A stretch of DNA of 64,000 bases from an uncultured archaeon. Its GTDB lineage: Archaea; Thermoplasmatota; Penumbrarchaeia; JASLWR01. The notes beneath the pieces were generated by a model that ran no database searches, was not told where the DNA came from, and saw only the letters and a list, made by a program, of their open reading frames with translations. Position numbers and translations under genes: made by a program. How positions within the stretch are numbered: the stretch's first letter is position 1; each line of letters opens with the position of its first letter. Shown piece after piece: positions 1-8,450 of this stretch. Location of the stretch: the NCBI GenBank assembly GCA_964342815.1, contig CAYFHS010000004.1, positions 104,333 through 168,332 on the forward strand, given 5' to 3'.

Positions 1-578
1 GGGTCGATCTTGTTCCCGCTGATCCGCTCGACCTTTTTCTGGGTGAACCGGGTGGTGGGGCATATGGATGCACACGCACCGCAGGTAATACACACGTCGG
101 AAAGCGCCATGTAGGGGGTTCCCAATTCCCGGTCGATACCCCTTCCCTGGAAATTGATGGCGTAGCTCCCCATTTTCTCACACATGCGTACGCATAAACC
201 GCACAGGATACAGTTGTCGTCCTTGTTCTTGAAACGGGTCTCACCGATTTTGTACTGCTCCGCCAGTTCCAAAAGTACCAGTTCCTCCGGGCAGCGGGAA
301 AGGAGCAATTCCACCGTCATTCGACGGCTGGAGTTTACCATATCAGTATCTGTGAATATCTTTGAGCCTTCAACAGCGGGCATGGTGCAGGCCGTTACCA
401 GCTTGTTACCATTTCTCTGTTCTAGTTCCACGACGCACAGGCGACAGGCTCCGTAGGGGGATACTGCCTTGTAGTTACACAGGGTGGGTATCCTTATTTT
501 ATTGTCATCGGCAACTTCCAATATTGTCTGACCTTCCTCGGCCTCATATGGATTTCCGTCTATCTGAATGCTGACCAT
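1..578 (-). CDS. NuoG/HydA-N-terminal-like Fe-S protein ([2Fe-2S] + [4Fe-4S]), partial, runs off the left edge
   Basis: Manual translation from the ATG at 578, which abuts the nuoF stop: MVSIQIDG...IPTLCNYKAVSPYGACRLCVVE...LVTACT...CILCGLCVRMC...CITCGACASICP. Frame is open to the window edge, so it is absent from the ORF track. Confidence 0.85.
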   Translation of the reverse strand, partial: MVSIQIDGNPYEAEEGQTILEVADDNKIRIPTLCNYKAVSPYGACRLCVVELEQRNGNKLVTACTMPAVEGSKIFTDTDMVNSSRRMTVELLLSRCPEELVLLELAEQYKIGETRFKNKDDNCILCGLCVRMCEKMGSYAINFQGRGIDRELGTPYMALSDVCITCGACASICPTTRFTQKKVERISGNKID

Positions 579-2444
579 TTAGTCCACCCCCGTTTCAATA
601 TCGACTGCACTGAATCTGCAAACCGTATGGCACGAACCGCATTTCGTGCAGACGTCCTGGTCGATCACATGCGGTTTTTTCCTTTCTCCGGAAATTGCCT
701 TTACCGGACACTTCCGGGCGCACAGAGTGCAGCCCATACAATAGTCCGGTTTTATCTTATACCTGATCAGGTCCTTGCAGACCTTGGCTGGGCAGGCATG
801 CCGCTCTATGTGGGCCAGGTATTCGTCCTTGAAATATCTCAGCGTGCTCAATACCGGATTCGATGAAAAATTCCCCAGACCGCACATGGAAGTATTCTTG
901 ATATACCTGCTCAATTCCACCAGTAACTGCAGGTCTTCCTCGGAACCGACCCCTGCACAGATATCATCCAGTATCTCCAGCATTCGGGCGTTCCCTTCTC
1001 TGCAGGAAGTACACTTTCCACAGGATTCGTCCACGGAAAATGCCGTGAAATACCTGGCGACATCCACCATGCAGGTGTCCTCATCCATGACGATCATACC
1101 GCCTGAACCCATTATGGAACCCAAGCGGGATAGATTGGCATAATCTATTGCTACATCCAGAAAGTCTTCCGGAACACATCCTCCCGAGGGACCTCCGGTC
1201 TGCACGGCTTTGAACTTTCGATTATTGGAAATTCCGCCACCTATTGAAAAGATGATCTCACGCAGCGTGGTCCCGAATGGAATTTCCACGAGGCCGATAT
1301 TGTTTATTTTACCCACTAGGGAAAATATCTTCGTCCCCTTGCTCGATAAAGTACCCGTACCGGAAAACCATTCACTGCCCCGGTTTATTATATGTCGCAC
1401 GTTGGCCCAGGTCTCGACGTTGTTGATACATGTCGGATAACCCCAAAGACCGGATTGGGCGGGATAAGGAGGCCGTTGTCTTGGTTCTCCCTCTCTCCCC
1501 TCTATGGAAGCTATGAGAGCGGTTTCCTCTCCGCATACGAATGCACCCGCACCCTGATAAATTTCAAGATCGAAATTAAAACCAGTCCCCAGAATATTAT
1601 CGCCCAGCAGTCCCATTTCCTTAGCTTCGGCCATGGCGATTCTCACGTTATGAAGAGCCAGAGGATACTCGGCTCTTAGATAGATATATCCGTGATTCGT
1701 ACCCATGGCATAGGCACCTATGAGCATCCCTTCGATAATGCAATGCGGATTGCCTTCAAGAAGACTCCGGTCCATGTAGGCTCCGGGATCTCCCTCGTCC
1801 GCATTACAGATTACGTACCGTTTCTCACCGGGAGCATTACTCATGAACTCCCACTTCAGTCCCGTTGGAAACCCAGCCCCACCCCTGCCTTTGAGACCGG
1901 CATCTTTCATTTCTTTTATAACCTCTTCCGGTGTCATCTCTCCCAATACCTTTGATATGGCGGAGTAGCCCCCCAGTGCCAGGTAATCTTCGAAACTAGT
2001 TGGATCGATGAGTCCATTATCCGCAAAGATAGTTCGTTTCTGGTTTTTGTAAAAGGGTATGTTGTGCTCGTGGATTATAAGACCCCCTGTGGCGGGATCC
2101 TTGTATAGGAATTCTTCGATGATTTCATCATTGATTACGGTTTCCGTGACTATCCGGGGGACCTGATCCGGTTTTACATTGGGATAGAAATAATTTTCCG
2201 GCTTGATTAGAACGATGGGGCCCTTCTCACAGAAGCCATGGCATCCGGTTATCCTGAGATCGGTGGAATCCGAAATCCCTTGTTTGACCAGCTCTTCCTT
2301 GAACGCCTCAACAATGGAGTCCGATTTTGACGCCTTGCACCCCGTTCCACCGCAAATCGTTATCACCTTTTTCTCTGTATCCCGCTGTTCAATGACGAAC
2401 TTTCGGAGATTAGCCACATCCCGGGGTTTTTTCAACATTAGCAT
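579..2444 (-). CDS. nuoF: NuoF/HydB-type NADH-binding flavoprotein subunit with extra Fe-S domains
   Basis: N-terminal CGGTGC...TGCHGFC [2Fe-2S] domain, GRGGAGFPTG, NADEGDPG, CGEETAL, CGKCTSCREG...CGLG and two C-terminal CxxCxxCxxxC motifs. Confidence 0.92.
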   Translation of the reverse strand: MLMLKKPRDVANLRKFVIEQRDTEKKVITICGGTGCKASKSDSIVEAFKEELVKQGISDSTDLRITGCHGFCEKGPIVLIKPENYFYPNVKPDQVPRIVTETVINDEIIEEFLYKDPATGGLIIHEHNIPFYKNQKRTIFADNGLIDPTSFEDYLALGGYSAISKVLGEMTPEEVIKEMKDAGLKGRGGAGFPTGLKWEFMSNAPGEKRYVICNADEGDPGAYMDRSLLEGNPHCIIEGMLIGAYAMGTNHGYIYLRAEYPLALHNVRIAMAEAKEMGLLGDNILGTGFNFDLEIYQGAGAFVCGEETALIASIEGREGEPRQRPPYPAQSGLWGYPTCINNVETWANVRHIINRGSEWFSGTGTLSSKGTKIFSLVGKINNIGLVEIPFGTTLREIIFSIGGGISNNRKFKAVQTGGPSGGCVPEDFLDVAIDYANLSRLGSIMGSGGMIVMDEDTCMVDVARYFTAFSVDESCGKCTSCREGNARMLEILDDICAGVGSEEDLQLLVELSRYIKNTSMCGLGNFSSNPVLSTLRYFKDEYLAHIERHACPAKVCKDLIRYKIKPDYCMGCTLCARKCPVKAISGERKKPHVIDQDVCTKCGSCHTVCRFSAVDIETGVD

Positions 2445-3299
2445 TTATTCGACCCCCTTGAGAGGTGTCATAATCTCTTCAACCTTGGGAACGGTGATTT
2501 TTCCATGCAGTTCATCGTTCACCATTATTATCGGTCCCAGAGCACAGGCGCCGACGCAATTCACCACTTCCAGGGAGAAGATTCCATCCTCCGTATCGGC
2601 CATGACCGCTTTTACAGCATCGGTTATGGAACGGGCTCCCCGCACATGGCAGGCAGTACCAAGGCAAATCTTGATGTGATATTCTCCCCTCATCTCCATG
2701 CTGAATGACTTGTAGAACGTGGCAACGCGATATATCTTTGATAGCGGAATTTCAAGTCGGTAAGAAAGATATTTGAGGACATCCCCGGGAAGATATCTGA
2801 ATATTTCGTTGACATCCAGCAGTATCTGTATCAGTGGTGCCTCAAAGGTGGCATATTTTTCGATTAAATCGTCTATTGTTTTCTTTTCCCTGACTTTCGG
2901 GGCTTCTGTCGGTTTCTCGGGGATTTGAACCTGAAGTGAGACTGGACAGTTCTCGACACATGTTCCGCAGCCTGTACATTTATCCACATCCACCGAGCGT
3001 GCCTTTCTGTCTACGAGAACGGTAAAGTTACCTTCTTTTCCTACGACTCCTTGGAGTTCTGAATATGTTAGAAGTTCTATGTTGGGATGTCTCCCTACGT
3101 CAACCATTTTGGGTGACATGATACACATGGAGCAGTCGTTAGTAGGAAAAGTTTTGTCCAACTGAGCCATGGTTCCTCCGATGCTGGGCCCGGATTCAAG
3201 AAGATACACCTTGAATCCGGAATTGGCCAGGTCCAGGGCGGACTGCATGCCTCCGATACCTGCTCCCACCACAAGAACTGATCCTACTTTTTTATCCAT
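2445..3299 (-). CDS. Fusion of an HdrA N-terminal fragment, one ferredoxin motif and a NuoE-like [2Fe-2S] domain
   Basis: VVGAGIGGMQSALDLA FAD motif, LDKTFPTNDCSMCIMSP HdrA signature, CTGCGTCVENCP, then NuoE-like VATFYKSF...CLGTACHVRG...CVGACALGP. ATG at 3299 follows GGAGG. Confidence 0.88.
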   Translation of the reverse strand: MDKKVGSVLVVGAGIGGMQSALDLANSGFKVYLLESGPSIGGTMAQLDKTFPTNDCSMCIMSPKMVDVGRHPNIELLTYSELQGVVGKEGNFTVLVDRKARSVDVDKCTGCGTCVENCPVSLQVQIPEKPTEAPKVREKKTIDDLIEKYATFEAPLIQILLDVNEIFRYLPGDVLKYLSYRLEIPLSKIYRVATFYKSFSMEMRGEYHIKICLGTACHVRGARSITDAVKAVMADTEDGIFSLEVVNCVGACALGPIIMVNDELHGKITVPKVEEIMTPLKGVE

Positions 3300-3300
3300 A

Positions 3301-4212
3301 CTATTCGCCTCCTCCCTTGAGCCCATCAAGCTTCTTAAGGAGTGGTCTCACCTTGACCTGATTCTTATTAACTGCAAGATCCTTACGAGGGTGGAATCCC
3401 ATGGCAAGGCCCAGGAGCTGTGGATAATATAGTACTGGAATATCGTATTTGACATCGGCCTTTGCACCGATGGTGGGTTGATATTCGTCGTACATAATAT
3501 CACAGAACGGGCAGATCACTATCAACGCATCCACTTCTGCCTCTTTTAGATGATCCAACTTCTGTTTTACCATATCCATGGACGTATTCTCTGAAACTGC
3601 CAAAATGCCTCCCCCGCAACATTGAAGTTTATCCCTGTATGATACCGATTCGGCCCCGGTGACCTCGATGAGTTTGTCAAGGCTCTCAGGAAAGTAAGGA
3701 CTGTCGAAGTGGTCGAACAATTCGCTTGGCTTTGTGTAATGGCAGCCGTAATGAGGTGCGACCTTCAAGCCCGTTAAGGGTTCGGTAACAGCTTCTTTCA
3801 TCTTGTCTAAACCGATCTCCTCGAAAAGGAAGCGGGAGAAATGTTTCACCTTCACATTTCCTTTGAATTCATAACCCATGTCGGCCAATTCCTCGTTGAC
3901 CTTCTTCAACTCCTCTTCGTGGTTCATGTCCGCGTAGTACTTTGCCGCTTTTGTGAGGTGGCCTGTGCAGGCGCTGCACAGGGTGAGGATATCCAGTCCT
4001 TCTGCTTCTGCGAGAGCGAGATTGCGTGCCGCCACTGCCATGGCGGAATGATGATGTACGCCATCTATCGGGAAACCGCAGCATGAAAAACCGGGAATGT
4101 CCACGAGTTCGATCCCAAGTTTCGAGGCGATTTTTCTTGTAGAGAGCTCATAATTGAAACCCCTGACTGATACCGTGCATCCCAGATAAAGGGCGAACCT
4201 GTGTTCACTCAT
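3301..4212 (-). CDS. hdrB: Heterodisulfide reductase subunit B-like (two CCG domains)
   Basis: YLGC, SCCG, CSAC, HYGCH, CCGGG and CPFC motifs. Confidence 0.92.
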   Translation of the reverse strand: MSEHRFALYLGCTVSVRGFNYELSTRKIASKLGIELVDIPGFSCCGFPIDGVHHHSAMAVAARNLALAEAEGLDILTLCSACTGHLTKAAKYYADMNHEEELKKVNEELADMGYEFKGNVKVKHFSRFLFEEIGLDKMKEAVTEPLTGLKVAPHYGCHYTKPSELFDHFDSPYFPESLDKLIEVTGAESVSYRDKLQCCGGGILAVSENTSMDMVKQKLDHLKEAEVDALIVICPFCDIMYDEYQPTIGAKADVKYDIPVLYYPQLLGLAMGFHPRKDLAVNKNQVKVRPLLKKLDGLKGGGE

Positions 4213-4744
4213 CGCTGCCACCCTCCTTGATCGCGTCATGAATGCCCGCTTTTTTCAGTAAGTCTTTAATTTCCGAGATTTTGAATTCAAGTTCCGGTAT
4301 TCCCTTTTTCGCCCGTACCGTGTTCTCGAACTCGCTGACCTCAAGTAGACGGCCGAATTTTTCCAGCAGGTCGACGGCGGCTCCCATTGCCTTTGGCAGA
4401 TATCCCTCTCGTACGGCAATGTTTCTGAGAGCGACCATCAAACTCGTTATCTTGACGTCTCTAGGACACCGTTCGTAACAACTGTAACACCCTGAACAGA
4501 GCCAGATGAACTCACTGCTCAGTACTTCTTCCTTCATACCCAGCAGGACCATCCGGATGATCCTTCGAGGATTGTAGCTATCGTTGACGGATAGTACCGG
4601 ACATATGGCGGCGCAGGTTCCGCACGCAAAGCATTTTCTAATGTTCTCTCCGCCGGGTTCCAGAGCCACCAGATTCTTGAAATTAGGATCCAGGTCATCC
4701 ATTGAAACAGATTCTTCTGTTGACGAATCTTCTATCTTTGACAT
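4205..4744 (-). CDS. hdrC: Heterodisulfide reductase subunit C-like
   Basis: CFACGTCAAICP and WLCSGCYSCYERCPRDV. Start set at the ATG at 4744. Confidence 0.92.
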   Translation of the reverse strand: MSKIEDSSTEESVSMDDLDPNFKNLVALEPGGENIRKCFACGTCAAICPVLSVNDSYNPRRIIRMVLLGMKEEVLSSEFIWLCSGCYSCYERCPRDVKITSLMVALRNIAVREGYLPKAMGAAVDLLEKFGRLLEVSEFENTVRAKKGIPELEFKISEIKDLLKKAGIHDAIKEGGSDE

Positions 4745-4968
4745 TATTATTCCCTCACTTCTTGTGATTATTTTATCACTTTTATAAATTATGCTAAAAT
4801 TCAGTCTCAACCCGATTCCAAATTTCACTTATTATATCCTTATATCGAATAATCAGGAAAATATACAAACTCAAACAAACCCGTGTTCCCCTTGATTATG
4901 CGATATTAATTTTCACATATTTCATATGATTTTGGTCATAATTCTGCAAGATTTTTATACCTCTTTGC

Positions 4969-4982
4969 TTAACAATTGTTAA
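4969..4982. promoter_or_regulatory. Perfect 14-bp palindrome upstream of the hdr operon, possible operator
   Basis: TTAACAATTGTTAA, about 225 bp upstream of the hdrC start. Confidence 0.3.
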
Positions 4983-5282
4983 CTGGAAACGCGTATTTAT
5001 ATTTTGTTCATCGGTCATCTGTAAAGGATAAGGAAATGTAATTATCATACTGCTGAAAAGTGCAACTGGAAAGGTTAATAAACGAGTAGAATTAAGGGTT
5101 TATGGACATTTCGTAATTCGGTCCAATTTGTCAACGAAAACCTTGCGAAAATACATACTCCCTCTATTACACGGGACTGTATCCTACCATTGAGTGCTAG
5201 TCCAAAATAATAACAAATTCCAGGATTATTTGATTCACTGTGGTAGCTGCTCCATGGAAATGCAATAGGGATATTTGAGATG

Positions 5283-6737
5283 TCATTCCATGTTCATAAA
5301 GAATTCCTTGTACGCTAGATATGTATAATATATATCCGCCTTTGAAGATATCTCGAACGGCGAATGCATACTCACCAAAGCAGGGCCGGCATCCATGACA
5401 TCCATGTTATGCAGGGCCAGGAACTTTGCCACGGTCCCCCCTCCTCCTTCGTCAATCTTGCCCAGTTCGGCCGGCTGCCACGGTATCTTTGCGTCGTTCA
5501 GGATCCGTCTCACCTTCGCCACGAACTCAGCCGAAGCCTCGCTTGAATTGTATTTGCCCCCTGAACCGGTATACTTCGTCACCACGATTCCTTTTCCCAG
5601 TACAGCAGCGTTCTGCTTCTCGTGAACATCCTTGAACATGGGATTTATCGCCCCATTCACATCGGCGGAGAGAGCGAACGACCTCTCCAGCGCGCGCCTC
5701 AGTTCTATCTCGCGGTAAGCACCATCTAACTTTTCCATCAACTCACCAACGGCGTTCAGGAGAAATCTCGATTTCACGCCCGTGGGACCGTCGCTGCCAA
5801 CCTCTTCTCTGTCGAATAGTATGCACCCCACTGTCCTCTTGGGTATCTTCTTATCCATATCGAGGATGGCTTTCACGGATGTGAAGGCGCATATTCGGTC
5901 GTCCTGCCCGTAGGCTCCTACCAATGAACTGTCCAAGCCCACGTCCCTTGCAGGACCTGCCGGAACCACTTCCAGTTCCGCGGATACAAAATCCTCTTCG
6001 GTTATTCCGTATCTGTCGTTCAACTCCTTCAGCACCATCAATTTTATTTTGTACTTGGCGTTCTCGTCCTCCAAGGGCCTCGAGCCAACTATCACCCTCA
6101 TTTCCTCCCCTTTGATACCCTCCCGCAGAGTTCGCCGGTTCTGTTTTGCAGCGAGATGGGGTAAAAGGTCTGGGATCACTATCACCGGGTCGTTCTTCTT
6201 CTCGCCGATATCTATTTCTATTTCCTTCCCGTCAGTCCGCACCACCTTCCCGTGGAGCGCCATGGGAACGTTCACCCATTGGTATTTTTTGATCCCACCG
6301 TAATAATGGGTCTTGAAAAGGGCGGTTTGCGAGTCCGAGTCTTCCGCCAATGGTGAGGGCTTTAGGTCCAGACGTGGCGCATCAACATGCGCCGCAATTA
6401 TGTTCAATCCATCAGCCAGCGCTTTCTTTCCCACTCGAAAAAGCATGATGTTCTTGTGGCGGTTCTTTATATACACTCTATCCCCGGAAGAGATTTTCTT
6501 CATTTCAGATATTTTTCGGAATCCTTCCTTTCGTGCGATCTTCTCCGCGTATTCCACGGATTGAGACTCGGTCTTGCACTTCGACAGAAACTCCTTGTAC
6601 CCCCGCGAGAACGAATAAATTTTTTTTATATCCTTTTTGCTGAGGCCTTCCCAGGTCGATTTTGGCGAGAACGAGAGTTTTTTCTCCAGTTCCGATTCCT
6701 CTTTCTTTTTCTTATCGCCGCTCTTCTTCTTTGCCAT
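5283..6737 (-). CDS. M18 family aminopeptidase
   Basis: AHVDAPRLDLKP, HYYGGIKKYQW, GQDDR, DREEVGS, SADV, SMHSPFE metal-ligand motifs. Confidence 0.92.
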   Translation of the reverse strand: MAKKKSGDKKKKEESELEKKLSFSPKSTWEGLSKKDIKKIYSFSRGYKEFLSKCKTESQSVEYAEKIARKEGFRKISEMKKISSGDRVYIKNRHKNIMLFRVGKKALADGLNIIAAHVDAPRLDLKPSPLAEDSDSQTALFKTHYYGGIKKYQWVNVPMALHGKVVRTDGKEIEIDIGEKKNDPVIVIPDLLPHLAAKQNRRTLREGIKGEEMRVIVGSRPLEDENAKYKIKLMVLKELNDRYGITEEDFVSAELEVVPAGPARDVGLDSSLVGAYGQDDRICAFTSVKAILDMDKKIPKRTVGCILFDREEVGSDGPTGVKSRFLLNAVGELMEKLDGAYREIELRRALERSFALSADVNGAINPMFKDVHEKQNAAVLGKGIVVTKYTGSGGKYNSSEASAEFVAKVRRILNDAKIPWQPAELGKIDEGGGGTVAKFLALHNMDVMDAGPALVSMHSPFEISSKADIYYTYLAYKEFFMNME

Positions 6738-6816
6738 TCTGTCTTCCCCCGGATGGATTTCATCCTCTTTTTTTTATTGTAAATACCTGGCCGGAAACCT
6801 CTTCGAGCGTCCGACC

Positions 6817-6888
6817 ATGCCGATATCAGCACTCAAGATCCTCGTCATTACCATTGGTTCGGCAAGGGTGTATCATCATCTACGGCAT
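6817..6888 (-). ncRNA. Box C/D methylation guide sRNA; the D guide is complementary to the tRNA-Leu(CAA) anticodon loop (predicted Cm34)
   Basis: Minus strand reads ATGCCG-ta-gATGATGA(C)-tacacccttg-CCGA(D')-accaatggta-ATGACGA(C')-ggatcttgagtg-CTGA(D)-tat-CGGCAT, with a 6-bp terminal stem. Confidence 0.85.
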
Positions 6889-6918
6889 AAGTTTAAAATT
6901 CACTATTGAGCAGGACCT

Positions 6919-7905
6919 CTATTCTCCCTCCAATTCCTCCAGGAGCTCTTCGCAGTGATCTCGGATGCTCTTTATATACTCCAGTGCCCGGTTCCTGGTC
7001 CTGCTGTCCTTTATGGTCCTGATGCTTCCCGCGGTCCACCACCGGACGTTGTCCCACATCTGTTTGTAGACCACCATACGTTCCCTGTCCTGTGCATCCT
7101 CCCTTCGTACAACCACGGTTTCCCTTTTTCTATCCGTTTTCCCGCCGGCCCGCTCCATTTCGATATCGATCTTTTTCAACTTCTCCCTTGCTTTTTTCTG
7201 TAGAGAAAGTTTCTCGATGAGTTTTTCCTCTTCTCCCTCCGAAATACCCACCTCTATGAGACGTTTTGCATCGGTGATATCAACTTTTTCTTCTACAATG
7301 GCCTTTCTTAATTTCTCCGGGGCCTTTTTCAATATTCTTACCTTTTTTTCAGGTTCGTGTTTGCTAATTTCCCCTTTTTCGAGTTTATCCAGAAGCCATT
7401 GGCGGGTAGAATCATCAAGACCTCTTGTCTTAGTGATGTCCCGGGTAGTGATGGTATCGCCCCGGTGAAGTTTGTCCCGGTCCTTCTTTGCGGAGATGTA
7501 GGCGCCGACAGTTCCCTTGGTCAATCCAAGCCTGTTTGCCAATTCGCTGTTGCTGTAATCACCCATTTCCTTTATCTGGAATAACATATTCTCCCGCTCT
7601 ACCGAGGTGAGGTCCTCTCTCATCCAGTTCTCTATAAGACTTTTTTCGGCAGCCTCGATGTCGCTTTCTATCTCCCAGATTATCGCAGGAATTTGTTTTC
7701 TCTTTAGATGACTGAAGGCCCGCCATCGGCGTTCACCAGCAATGATCTCGTAATTTTTACCCTGCACTCTCACAACTATGGGCTCCAAAAGCCCCTGCGC
7801 GTCGATGCTCTTGGCCAATTCCAGAATGCGGTCCTTGGGAAAGCTCTCTCTGGGCTGGGCTGGATTTGGTTTGATCAGCTGCATCTTTATCTCTTCGAAT
7901 TTCAT
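6919..7905 (-). CDS. parB: ParB/Spo0J-family protein (ParB N-terminal domain, HTH and charged C-terminus)
   Basis: PNPAQPR, SIDAQGLLEPIVVR, IIAGERRWRA, SLIENWMREDL, HTH SELANRLGLTKGTVG. Confidence 0.88.
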   Translation of the reverse strand: MKFEEIKMQLIKPNPAQPRESFPKDRILELAKSIDAQGLLEPIVVRVQGKNYEIIAGERRWRAFSHLKRKQIPAIIWEIESDIEAAEKSLIENWMREDLTSVERENMLFQIKEMGDYSNSELANRLGLTKGTVGAYISAKKDRDKLHRGDTITTRDITKTRGLDDSTRQWLLDKLEKGEISKHEPEKKVRILKKAPEKLRKAIVEEKVDITDAKRLIEVGISEGEEEKLIEKLSLQKKAREKLKKIDIEMERAGGKTDRKRETVVVRREDAQDRERMVVYKQMWDNVRWWTAGSIRTIKDSRTRNRALEYIKSIRDHCEELLEELEGE

Positions 7906-7914
7906 ACCATCACC

Positions 7915-8139
7915 TTACAATTTTACGAGCTGGGAAGCGATTTCGCTCCAGCTTACCGTCTTCGCGGTCATTTTTTCCCCCCGTATCTCCACCAGCATCA
8001 ATTCTATTTCATCAGGTTCCTTGTGGTTTTGCATGAGCTCTTTTATTCTGATAACCGATTCCTTGAACTCGTCGTACAATGTAATTTCCTCATCGGTTTG
8101 AAGTACCCAAAACCGGTTATTATCAAGCTTCATTTCCAT
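7915..8139 (-). CDS. Small hypothetical protein, likely co-transcribed with parB
   Basis: GGAGG upstream of the ATG at 8139; stop is 10 bp before the parB start (AAGGTGATGG RBS). Confidence 0.7.
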   Translation of the reverse strand: MEMKLDNNRFWVLQTDEEITLYDEFKESVIRIKELMQNHKEPDEIELMLVEIRGEKMTAKTVSWSEIASQLVKL

Positions 8140-8450
8140 GATTCCCGCCTCCGTTACACCCAACTGAATTATCGTATTTTAATATTGTCTCCCAATTAGA
8201 ATTACGCTTATTATCCATAATGGAAATCGTATAAAAATGTCTTAAAAGACTATTGTCGAATTCAGCAGTACTGATCTTCAATACGCGCGTTTCGTTCAGA
8301 TTCTTAATGCTCTTGGGGCATGCATCGTTTTCACCTAAACCTCGGTGTGCTCTGCTGTTAAGAATCCCCTGCTTTTTTCCCCATTTACCTCTCCATCGCA
8401 TGGAATATCGCGGCAAATAATTAATAGTGACGAAGAACAATTCCCTAAAC

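Noticed and set aside
140-200. Apparent frameshift in the NuoG-like edge gene
   Set aside because: Careful re-reading (ATG GGG AGC TAC) shows the frame is intact.
6900-8450. parS site near parB
   Set aside because: No TGTTTCACGTGAAACA-like palindrome was seen.
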